This document shows, piece by piece, positions 52,754-64,000 of a stretch of DNA of 64,000 nt; positions within the stretch are counted from its first letter, which is position 1; the number at the start of each line of letters is the position of its first letter. Source of the stretch: Dendrobates tinctorius (taxonomy: Eukaryota); contig NW_027361788.1 of the NCBI RefSeq assembly GCF_039654945.1, positions 5,208,001 to 5,272,000 of the forward strand. The letters run 5' to 3'. The notes beneath the pieces were generated by a model. It was not told the DNA's origin and made no database searches. It worked only from the letters and a program-made list of their open reading frames with translations. Position numbers and translations under genes: made by a program.

Positions 52754-54389
52754 GTTTCCCTGTTTCCATCCCATCTCTTATTACTGGACTCCATCAATTA
52801 ATGGTGTAGAAATGTTACCACTGCAGCTAGTCAGAGGCTACAGTGATCTATATAAACATGTTTTCCAAGAAAAGAAATCAGCAGTGGGAACAGAGACGGG
52901 GAATCTATCAGCCGATATTTCCTTTTTAATCTGAGAGCATCATAACATAGAGCAAGAGATTCTGATTCCAATGATGTGTCACTTATTAGACCGTGTGTTG
53001 TAGTTTCAAAACAATCAGTGTTTTATCAGCAGGAGATTATTACTGCAGCACAAGGTGTCAGGTGCAGGCAAGTATAGCTAATCTGTGTAACCCCACCCCC
53101 ACCACTGAATGGAAGCAATGTACAGTGTGCACAGGAAGTTGTCAATCAGGGGTGGGTTTATACACAACTCTGAGCACTGCTCCATTTACAACAGATAAAA
53201 CGGTTTCTATCAAAACTTCACCAAGCAGTCTAGTAAGTGACACATAACTGGAATCAGGGTCTCTGCCTCTACATCATGCTGCTCTCAGATTTCATAGAAA
53301 AAAAACTGATGACAGATTCCATTTAATTGGTTCCGATTTACCTCTGTGGATTTCTTGCACATTTCTGCAACGTTTTCTGCTGTAAATCCTTACCCTAAAA
53401 CTGAGGCTCTTAACTTGACTCACTGAATAGCCATCTTTATTTTGTAGTCTCATTTTCTATGAAATAATGATTTAGTATTTGAAGCATGGACGACCTGTTA
53501 AAGCTATGCATTATTGATAGTTGCAGATCAGGTCCGCTCTTTGTACCTTTATTTCCACACTGTGCATGAACACGGCAGGTACCAGATGTTACATTACATT
53601 GTTTCGTATACTTGGCACTATCTTTCTTGACAGTCAATACGTGTTTTAATTTATCACATACATGCCCATCTCCTGAATGAAGTAACTTGCTTCCTTTGAC
53701 TGAGTATATTTCACCCGCAGCTATTTTGCTCTTTTGTAACGCTTTCTTTAGTAAGTGATCCGACTTTGATCCCTTTTTAAATGGGAATCTGGTGTTTAAA
53801 CATGAGTTATCTCACCGAGGCAAAAGGAAAAAAAAATCATTTGGGAATGCTCTTCCCTCTTTTGAAGTGTGTCTTTCATTCTCTTTAATCCTGTCTTTAT
53901 TGAAGTTAAAATAATAAGTGTAGGGGTGCAAAATGCTGGCCGGCGGCAAAGAATCTGCTCTGCAGTTGAGAAGGTTGGAGTGTAGGCCAAAGTTTTAACC
54001 ACTTGTCCACCTGCTGAAAAGAAAAATGATCATTTTTTGAGATTTCTATCACTTATTTATAGTCTTTTATTAAGTCTATCATTTCGTGTTGGAAATCCAG
54101 CAACATATGTGGAAGGCAGCTTTGTTCATGAAACAGATGCCCAAAATATCTTCTTTGGATGCTGTTTTACAAGAACTCCCCGTCTGATTTGAGGAGGTTA
54201 CCTATGGTTAGAATAAGCGAGGAGGAATCACCTCAGTGGCCTGACCTTAGTCAGAAGGACGAGTTGTAAGCTTCGGCTTTATCATGTAAATGTTCCCTTG
54301 AAGTGCACAAATACTGGATATGCCTCAGGACAAGGCGAAGCTATAAACCAAAAATAAGATGAAGTTGAATGTAACTGGGTTAATTCTAC

Positions 54390-54933
54390 TGTCACGATTC
54401 CACCCCTCAGTGTGTCTGGGATGCAGTTACTGATGGCTCAGCAGTCCATTCTGGCACAAGGGTGTGATGAAGCTGTCAGTACTTTGATACACAGCTCAGT
54501 CATCCAGTCTGTTGCAGGGATGTGCTGAGCTGTTGGTTTTTTGATTGACAGCTCAGATGTCCAATCTGAGACTGGGAGATGCTGGCTGTCTCCAGGTGTT
54601 CATTGTCCCATCTGGTTACTAGGCTATCTAACAGGAATGTTTATCCCAGACCTCTGCCAGACCTACATTCAGCTTTTCTGTGGTTTGTCTCTCTGTGCCT
54701 TGTGTTCTGTTTGTTGAACTTTTGTTGCCTGACATTGGACCTCGATATGACATACGTCTGTTTAACCCCTTTGCTTTGATCCACTATCCTCTTTTATTTT
54801 GACCTCGGACCATTACCTGACTATGCAATTTGTCTCTTCATTCTGTTTATGATGTACCCTCCTGACTTTTGACCTTGGACTCTTTCACTTTCCCGACTCA
54901 CGGATTGTCCATGAGAAGTGACTCAGCATCACA
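54390..54933. mobile_element. Probable old solo LTR
   Basis: TGTCAC...ATCACA termini; TSD degenerate. Confidence 0.4.
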
Positions 54934-55331
54934 CCTGCTAGTTGTATATTATATCCCCATTGTTTTGAAATGTGGCTACAATGGATAAAGAAAACCTAAG
55001 GAATATGCCAAATACACTGGCTAGATGAGTTCATTGTAGGATATATTCACCTTTGGGCATTACTATTATTATTAGGGGCCTTCGACTCGATCTCAAGCCA
55101 TGGCGACTTAATGGATGAACGATCTGTAGGAAGATCGATCTTGTGCAAGCATAGATAGGTCCACCAGGGTCTTCTACACTGTTAGTTTGATAGCATCAAT
55201 TCATCGGGTGCACAGACAGGTGAACACAGCCTTATGGCTCATGTGGACGTCCATGCAAATCGGCTGCGGCACTCCCAACTTGATAGTTACAGCTTTATGT
55301 AAGGCTGTGAGACTTGGGTTGGGAGACCATG

Positions 55332-55533
55332 CATTGTGGTCCATACTTTGATATGCACAATTGTCTGCCTGAGCTCTTAGTGTGAGATCATTGATATTCC
55401 TTCAAAATTTAATCTCTTAGGTATATCTTCCACATTGTGGTCCATACTTTGATTTGCACAGATGTCTGCCTGAGCTCTTAGTGTGAGATCATTGATATTC
55501 CTTCAAAATTTAATCTCTTAAGTATATCTTCCA
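55332..55533. repeat. ~101-bp tandem duplication
   Basis: cattgtggtccatactttgat...tatatcttcca occurs twice with few mismatches. Confidence 0.9.
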
Positions 55534-56127
55534 TTTAGGTAGTTGTCCATTGTTCTTCTCTTTTGGCGTGAAAGTTAAACACCAGAATCTGTTGCCATAT
55601 TACATCCAATAATTGTTCCCAGTCATCCTCTGTATGAGTTGTTGAATTTTATTAAAACAAAACCCTGCATGCATTATTTTATGATCAGGCAATCGACCGA
55701 GGACCAGTGCATGACTATTTAGCAGTTGTGCTTGGCTTTGACACAAAACGTCTTGCACAAGATGTATGTGTTTCACTTCAATAGGACGTAGCAGGAGCTC
55801 GATAATGGAATGGCATTCACGATAAATAATGGGGACATGAGGATTGTGGGGACCGAACCCAATGGAACAAGCTAACATAATCATGCACAATTCTTATTTG
55901 AGATTGAAGCCCTAGAGACCAAACTAGGGCGAAGTCAGACGGCCATATAAATCGGAGTGAGATCGCAGCGCAGTGCACGGAACGGTCAATGGCTCTAGCG
56001 ACCAGAATGTGACAGCTGCATAGAAATACATGAAGCTGTCATGCTCAGGTCAGGGCAACTGCCAGCCAGTCCGTGCACTGTCTTCCAGTCTTGCTCCAAT
56101 TTATTTGGCCATCTGACTGCACCTTAA

Positions 56128-56735
56128 AGGGAATCTGTCACCCCATTTTTCGAGTATCAGGTGCCGGTACCGCCATCAGGGGCTTATCTACAGCATTCTG
56201 TAATGCTGTAGATAAGCCCCCGATGTAACCTGAATGATAAGCAAAATGAGTTATATTATTCTTACCGGGGGGGGCGGCCCGGTAATGATCCGATGGGTGT
56301 CGCGGTCCGGCGCCTTCCATCTTCTAACGGTGACGTCCTCTTCTTTGCTGCCTGTCGTGGCTCCTGCGCAGGCGCACTGCTCTGACCTGTTGAGGGCAGA
56401 GCAGAATACTGCAGTGCGCAGGCGCCAGACCTCTCCCAGCACCTGCACACTGCAGGACTCTGCTCTGCCCTCAACAGGACAAATAAAGTACACCTGCACA
56501 TGAACCGAGGGAGAAGCAAGGAGGAGGACATCATTGTATGAAGATGGGAGGTGCCGGACGGGACGGCGACACCCATCAGACAAGACCAAACGCCGGGGTG
56601 AGTATAATCTAACTCTTATTTCTTATCTTTCAGGTTACATCGGGGGCTTATCTACAGCATTATAGAATGCTGTTGAATAGCCCCTGATGGCGGTGCCGGC
56701 ACCTGATACTTAAAAAATGGGGTGACAGACTCCCT
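56128..56735. mobile_element. T2/Kolobok-type MITE, palindromic
   Basis: TTAA-AGGGAATCTGTCACCCCATTTTT ... AAAAATGGGGTGACAGACTCCCT-TTAA. Confidence 0.9.
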
Positions 56736-57803
56736 TTAATATATATGGTGTAATGGACCACCAGTGCTCCATTTCCCAAATATGGAGGGTTGATTCTACT
56801 TCCGATAACGCATACTATGAAAATTCTTATCATTCATGCTGGTATTTCCTCGATGTATAACATAAAGGGAGATGCATTATATTCGTCTGCAGTAAATTCA
56901 CCACTAGTTCGGTAAATATTTTTCAGTGTTCATGTCATAGCACATTGCCATAGGAAAGTGAAAAATATGATCAATGACCATTGGAACTTTTCTTTTTTTA
57001 GGTTTTCCTTTGACCACATCCTTTCCTATTTATACTAAGTATATGACAATTTTCATTATTGGCTTTATTGGTAAAACGTATGTTATAGCGAATTGAAGTG
57101 TTTGTTACAACACACTAAATTGGAGCCTTTTAATTGTAAAGGGCATTCTTAAAGTGACGGTTGACAACAATGCTGATTTTTCACTTTGGACAGATTTGAA
57201 TCAAGGAACTTTAATGAGAGCAGATCCATTAGGCAGGTGACTTCAGTTTGGGTTGTCCTTAGACGCATTGATTTACCAACTCCAGATTTAACGAATCTAC
57301 CAATCGTTCATTAATGTTGGAAAGATACTCTTATTGTTATTATGTGATCCATCTCAGAATATATTCTATGACAAATTCCTAAATTATTGCTTTAATAAAG
57401 AGTAATAATGATCACCTGCAAATGAAAAACTATCCATAAAAATTTGCAATCAAATCCATGAATCTGAAAAAAATCAGATGCCATCCTCGTGCTGGGCTTT
57501 TTTTAAAGGCTGATTGAAGGAAAAGCTTAAGAAAGTTTAATTGTTTTTTTTTTTAATTTGAAAAAAAATGATGAAACTCTTATGGCAAAAACTGACACTG
57601 ACCAAACTGGTCAAAAACATTGATGAAACTCCAACCATTTTTTATTTTTGCGTAAGAGAAAAGTCACTGATGTGTGACTGAGCCCCAAGGGATAGAGATG
57701 CTAAAAAAGAATGGCTAAGGCTCAGCCAAAACACATTGGTTGGAGACCACTGGAGGAACCGCCAGAGTTTTATGATGTCCAAATAAATTCTTAAGTTTTA
57801 CTC

Positions 57804-58261
57804 GAATCCAAAAAAACGGAAGTGTGAAACCAAGATGAAAAAATTAAATAATTTTTATTGACTACATAGTAAAAACAAGGTAATAAAATTACATTTGCAT
57901 AAAAGGGACAAAGACTGAACAGAGTGAACTCCAAGCAGTCTACGTAGAAATGAATATGAAATCACAAAGGGTTAAGTAAGTAATATAGGGCAATATAGCC
58001 ATATCACATAGGGATTAATACTGCCCTATATTACTTACTTACCCCTTTGTGATTTCATATGCATTTCTACGTAGACTGCTTGGAGTTCATTCTGTTCAGT
58101 CTTTGTCCCTTTTATGCAAATGTAATTTTATTACCTTGTTTTTACTATGTAGTCAATAAAATTTATTTTATTTTTTCATCTTGGTTTCACACTTCCTTTT
58201 TTTGGATTCTAGTATAATTTGAAGTGTACCTTCTACAATTTTGGTCTATTTTGGGATTTAA
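57804..58261. mobile_element. Fold-back insertion, probably a Penelope-type 3' end
   Basis: ~190-bp inverted arms (57804-57996 / 58019-58209); 13-bp TSD TTAAGTTTTACTC (57791-57803, 58262-58274). Confidence 0.7.
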
Positions 58262-58585
58262 TTAAGTTTTACTCATTTGACTCTTCACTGGAGATTCCTT
58301 GTTTTTTGCTGTCTGCTAACTGCATTTGGTCCTGGGCAGCTCTCTCTTTGTCCCTTCTTCTAAGGATAGGTCAGCAATATGAAAGTACTGGACAACCCCT
58401 TTAGAAAAGAGCAATCACCAAAAAATTGACAAAGGACCATGTACTGTAGGTCTGAAACATGATCCCTGGGAGCGCAGTAAATATTTATTTTCTGCCTTTT
58501 TAATTTTTGTGCTGTTGTGTTCAACCATTTATTTTGCCTTTTATACCACTGGATCAATACAGCAATTATTTTATGAAGATGTGAG

Positions 58586-59347
58586 TGTAGGTATGTGGGC
58601 CGACTGGGGGGTGGTCTCTTTTTCGCCGCAAACAGAGTGGAGACAGAAACCGATGCTCGTTCAACAGGTCCTCTTTATTGGCCGTCCACCCGACGACCAC
58701 AGTAGCACGACAGCTTCCGTACACACAGGCCCGGGTACCGTTCACCTTTTTCCTTTCTGAATTGACACCCCTCGCAGTTCTATCGCTGTGGCTGCCCTAG
58801 GCCTACCACCACAGCGCTTCGCCTGTCCGAGTCTGTCCGTCTGGTACCCCTGGGCTTCCTCTGTCCTGCGGCTCTCTTGTCAGGGCCACCCCCCATACTG
58901 TCTCTTCTTCCAGTCCCTCCCGGAGCTCTTCCTCTTTCAGTCTCTTCCTCCTTCAGTCTTTCCCTCCACTGAACTCCTTCTCCTAGACTGGCTTCCTTCT
59001 GGAACTCTCTCTGCCTTTTTATTCCCCTCCCTGGGAATTCCCTTCCAGAGTCCCTGTAACTCCGCCCACCATGACTATGCGGTTTCCTAGTCTTAAGCAG
59101 CTGTTAAGCCCTTTTCTCCCTGCTCTCTGCCTCCATCTTGTGGCCAAACCTTAGTACTGCACCATCTCCTTTTCCTGCTGTTCTTGGTCTCCCCCTAGTG
59201 GTCAAAACCCAGTACTTCACCATCTTTCACTGTCTCTAGCTGTTTCCCCACATGTATATACAGATTCACTTCAAGTATATTTACGGCACATTTCACATTC
59301 ACTGATCTTCCTTCAGACAGGTCGATAGGTCAGTCCACTTCCCTACA
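58586..59347 (-). mobile_element. Solo LTR
   Basis: TGTAGG...CCTACA termini; 4-bp TSD TGAG; minus-strand AATAAA. Confidence 0.85.
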
Positions 59348-60392
59348 TGAGTACCAGCTGTCATCTGGACTTTTACCAGAAAGTAACCTATTCTTTAAAA
59401 TCGAGCTTTGTGTAAACTGTATTTTTAAAAAAATGTTGGCAAGCGTTTGTTTAATTATTTTTTCCCATATTACAATCTCTAATAAAAAGAAATAATTAGA
59501 ACTTTTGCAATTTTCATACGGTTTTTGATATTTTGCTCAAAATAGCTTTATTATTGTCTTGAGCCTTTTTTTGCACTCTTTAGTGGAAAGAGCAACATGC
59601 TCTGCTGAAGTGTTCTACAATATTTTTGGCTGCACATTTTAATCAGTTATAAGTGAGTTGTCTTTACAGTAGTATTAAAGTGGTTTTCTCATGTGCCTAT
59701 CTTCAGGAGCGCACCACTCCACGGCCTCCTGGCTTCTACTTCCTTTTTTTTCTGTCATTGTCCAGCTGTTTTGTTTAACTTCCTTTGATTAATAATAGAA
59801 AACAGGCTTTTTTCAAGCATAAATGTTGCAAAAGGCTCTCATAAATGTTCTGAGCTTTCCCATTGACTCATATTGTAAAGTACAGAGCGTCTTCCAAGCA
59901 GAAAACTCCAGAAAAATGGTCGGGTCAATTCTTTTAATCGCCGATTTTAGATGCACTAGTTTCTACTGCATATCAGATAATATTCAGGTTTATGGGTGCG
60001 CAAAAATAATATTTGGATGCCATACGGAGATACAGTAAAGCATCTGTTCTTCATGGATACACTGCAATTCTGTAATATAGGAAACTGTAAATGACTAATG
60101 GCTGCAGAAAAAAATCATCAGACTTTTCTGGATAAAACTCTGAATGATTGTGCACCTACATTTTTGGTGCTTTTTTGCAGTCTTAACTCCAGTAATAGAC
60201 GATTCGATACCACTTATTGCAGCTGACGGTGTAGTTGTGTAGGTAGGGTAACCGACTGGGGGGGGTGACCCACTTCTTGCCGCAGACAAACACGAGACTG
60301 AGACAGAATTTGTATTCAACAGGTCCGCTTTTATTGGCCGTCTTTCTGACGACCACCTGAATTCACCACAGGAATTTCACACTTCTCTTGTA

Positions 60393-60916
60393 TGCAAATA
60401 AAGTCCGTGGAGCCTCATTTAAGAGTCTCAAACACGGGACTAGCCAGATCTTCCTCCAGGGAAGGACCCAGCCAAGGAGTGGCTCCTTTCGGAAACCACC
60501 ATTACCACCATATTAAGTGCCCCTTTATGTCAATATCCAGCTCTTTACGAGTTTGCAGATATGACAAGGGAAATACCAAGGCCAGGAATCCATCCACAGA
60601 CATGTTTCGGGGTATTGCCCCTCATCAGTGTGGAGTAGCATTCTGGCTAGGTGGGAGCAATGCCTAGTAGACCAACATCACAAAACAATCACTGACCTCA
60701 GGGAGACCAGTCAAAGAATACACTGTGGCAGCCAGCAAAGGCGCTCAATCAGTGAAATCCTAGGTGCAATGCTCCCTGGGAAATACAAATATGCAAATAA
60801 AGTCCATGGAGCCTCATTTAAGAGTCTCAAACACGTGTTTCACTGATTGAGCGCCTTTGCCGGCTGCCACAGTGTTTTCTTTGACTGGTCTCCCTGAGGT
60901 CAGTGATTGTTTTGTG
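60393..60916 (-). mobile_element. Retrozyme / satellite-2-like non-coding retroelement (~399-bp monomer)
   Basis: 46-bp direct repeat 399 bp apart; hammerhead inside; inverted 80-bp duplication; 14-bp TSD ACACTTCTCTTGTA (60379-60392, 60917-60930). Confidence 0.8.
60593..60634 (-). ncRNA. Type I hammerhead ribozyme (minimal helix III)
   Basis: UCCACA-CUGAUGA-GGGG-CAAUA-CCCC-GAAACAUGUC^UGUGGA: 6-bp helix I, intact core, 4-bp helix II, palindromic ACAUGU helix III, GUC cleavage triplet. Confidence 0.9.
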
Positions 60917-62059
60917 ACACTTCTCTTGTACACAGACCCGGGTACCTTCACTTCTTTATTACTATCATCATGGCGATCTTCGTGGCTTTTCTCACTGTGG
61001 CTGCCCTAGGCCCATCCACCACAGCGCTTTACCAATCTAAGTACGCCGTCCGTTTGGTACCCCAAGACTGTCTTCGTCTGCGGCTACTGTCCTCTGGGCC
61101 TCCCCCCGTGACCATCTCAACTGTCAGTCCCCTCCGGAGCCTTTCTACTGTCTCTTTCTCCTCAGCCGAACTTCCTCTCTACTGTGCTTCTGTCGCTGAC
61201 TGAACCTTCCAGAACCTTCCCTCAGCCTTTTATACTTCCAGTTCTGGTAACTCCGCCCACCATCACCTGACCGTTTGTCTGACCAATGGCAGTTATTCAG
61301 TCCCACTCTTACACTCTCCACTGCCCTCTAATGGTCAAACTATAATACAGCACCCTTTTCTCTTTATCTCAGCGGTTTCACACCTACACTGCGCTACACC
61401 TCTGCCTCTCACTACAGGCAGGTCTGTCCGTCAGTCCAACTTCCCTACAGTTGTGTCATCTTTTCTCTGTTAGGGCTGATAAATTTGGGGCAGGGAGTGT
61501 GCACGGCAACGTCGTGGCTCGTGCACTCTTACAGCAGCAATACAGTTGTATACATGAGCCCTAAGCTTGATCAGGCTGAGTTCTTGGCACAGTCAACAAG
61601 AAAATGTTTGTTTTTCTTCTACCTTTGTAGGTTTTTAATTTCCCTTGCAGAATACTGTGGCTCTCCTGAAGAAGTCAATCCAACTTCGAAACGTGTGAAG
61701 AATAAACCGCATGAACCCATATTACTCTTTCTTTGTTTCTCAGTTTCCTCATCGGAAGGACGAACTGTCAACCTCATTCTCCCACCAATTGTTCAGTACA
61801 ATGGGATTCACATTCTGTGGATGCTGCAGCAGCTGACCCATTTTGACAAAAGCCTGGGATGGGTGAAACGTCTGGATTTCTGTGCACTGGAATAAATAGC
61901 ATTTATTCAACACATGAGTGCTGGGATCTCTTTCTTCATTGATCCGTCTTGAATCCTTTGGGTTACTGCAACCCCAACTGGTGAGTAGTTCCCTATTTTT
62001 CACCTAACATACTGTATATTGCTCCCTTTGATAAGACTCTATTGCTCTTGGTTCCCCCC

Positions 62060-63522
62060 ACCACGCACTTGGTGTCATCCCACATGTGCTTGGTGTCCCC
62101 CACCACATGCTTAGGGTCCCTCCACCATGTGCTTGATGTCCCCCCACTATGTGCTTGGTTCCCCCACCGTGCGCTTGGAGTCCCCCCACCATGCGATTAG
62201 TGTCCTCCACCATATGTTTGATGTCCCCCCACCATGCACTTGGTTCCCCCACCATGTACTTGGTGTCCCCCTCACCATGTGCTTAGTGTCCCCCACCAAG
62301 CGCTTGGTGTCCCCTCCACTATGTGCTTGGTGTCCCTCTCCCACCATGTGCTTGGTGTCCCCGCACCTTGCACTCGCTTGGTGTCTCCCTCACCATGAGC
62401 TTGGTGTCCCTCTCCTGCTATGCATTTGGTGTCCCCCCAACATGCACTTGGTGTCCCCCCCACCATGCACTTGGTGTCCCCCCCACCAAGTGCTTGGCTC
62501 CCCCCCACATGCGTTTGATGTCCTCGACCACACGCTTAGTGTCTCTCCACCATGCGCTTGTTGTCCTCCCCACCATGCGCCTAGTGTCCCCCACCATGCG
62601 CTTGGTGTCCCCTACACTATGTGCTTGGTGTCCCCGCACTATGCGCTTGGTGTCTCCCTCACCATGAGCTTGGTGTCCCCCTCCCGCCATGCACTTGGTG
62701 TCCCCCAACCATTGGTGCCCTCCACCATGCTCTTGGTGTCCCCCTCACCATGCACTTGGTGTCCTCCCACATGCACTTGGTGTCCCCCACCACATGCTTA
62801 GGGTCCCTCCACCATGCGCTTGATGACCCCCCACTATGCACTTGGTTCCCCCAACGTGCGCTTGGAGTCCCCCACCATGCGATTAGTGTCCTCCACCATG
62901 TTCTTGATGTCCCCCCACCATGCACTTGGTTCCCCTACCATGTGCTTGGTGTCCCCCTCACCACGCGCTTAGTGTCCCCCACCAAGCGCTTGGTGTCCCC
63001 TCCACTATGTGCTGGGTGTCCCTCTCCCACCATGTGCTTGGTGTCCCCGCACCTTGCACTCGCTTGGTGTCTCCCTCACCATGAGCTTGGTGTCTCCCTC
63101 CTGCTATGCACTTGGTGTCCCCCCACCATGCACTTGGTGTCCCCCCCACCATGCACTTGGTGTCCCCCCAACTAAGTGCTTGGCTCCCCCCACATGCATT
63201 TGGTGTCCTCCTCCTACAAGCTTAGTGTCCCTCCACCATGCGCTTGATGTCTCCCCACCATACGCTTGTTGTCCCCCCACCATGCGCTTGTCGTGTCCCC
63301 CACCATGCGCTTAGTGTCCCCCACCATGCGCTTGGTGTCCCCTCCACTATGTGCTTTGTGTCCCTCTCTCACAATGCGCTTGGTGTCCCCGCACCATGCG
63401 CTTGGTGTCTCCCTCACCATGAGCTTGGTGTCCCCCTCCAGCCATGCACTTGGTGTCCCCCAACCATTGGTGCCCTCCACCATGCGCTTGGTGTCCCACT
63501 CACCATGCGCTTAGTGTCCCCC
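62060..63522. repeat. C-rich ~22-24-bp minisatellite (ccaccatgcgcttggtgtcccc) with 687-bp higher-order duplication
   Basis: The variant unit caccacatgcttagggtccc occurs at 62101 and 62788. Confidence 0.92.
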
Positions 63523-64000
63523 GCTATTTTTTCAGGTTGAGTTCTTGGAATAGTTAACAAGAAAATGTTTGCATTTATTCTTCCTTTTTTTGTCTTTTGT
63601 CCCCTGAATTTTGGATATATATATTTTTACATATCTATAAAGTCACTTAAAACTGATGATTTTTTTTTTGTAGATTTTAGAAGAGGAGTCACGTAGCCCA
63701 CCTGGCACCATAAGGGGGGACTTCTATTTTTGTCCTAAATGCTTCTATCATAAACATTTAATGCTGGCCAACAAGAACTTCTCAGCGAGGAGCCTTCACC
63801 AAAACCAAAAAGCTTTAAAATAAAAAAAAGACTTTACAGGGTTTCATTGTCAACAGGAGGAGGAAAGGTATAAAAAGCAAGAAGTAATCAGAGGTAAGAT
63901 GCCTTCTCAATGGTACAGCAGCAGCACTGGGAACCCATGAGTGCGTCTCTCAAACACAAGTGAAGTGCTTTCTTTTCGGACTGTGGCTTTAGCAAAGCCG

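Larger units (their letters stand above)
60238..61449 (-). mobile_element. Solo LTR related to 58586-59347, interrupted by a ribozyme-bearing insertion
   Basis: TGTAGG...CCTACA termini; 4-bp TSD GTTG; shared blocks such as aacaggtcc.ctttattggccgtc. Confidence 0.85.

Overview
Eukaryotic, repeat-saturated genomic DNA. The repeat families look like those of an anuran (frog/toad); this comes from recall, not a search. No host protein-coding gene could be identified, only a few unassigned exon-like segments. Most of the window is transposon-derived. It holds Tf1/sushi-type Ty3/Gypsy chromovirus retrotransposons (a three-LTR tandem at 22946-30576, a decayed relative at 42788-48341, a solo LTR at 51870-52753) and two abutting Tc1 (DD34E) transposons, one of them a single nonsense codon from intact. 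It also holds non-autonomous hAT elements with 8-bp target-site duplications (TSDs), one swollen to 13.4 kb by nested Helitron, Penelope, L2 and Gypsy insertions, plus MITEs, other solo LTRs and minisatellites. Four signals stand out. (1) A ~399-bp non-coding unit carries a canonical hammerhead ribozyme and an octamer motif, resembling newt satellite 2/retrozymes, and has the same fold-back plus 13-14-bp TSD signature as a Penelope element in the window. (2) The Gypsy elements show co-varying PBS/RNA-5'-end complementarity, indicating tRNA-independent self-priming. (3) Their Pol frame runs through the whole U3 region and stops in the TATA box. (4) Their TSDs are 6 bp. All coordinates were read by eye.
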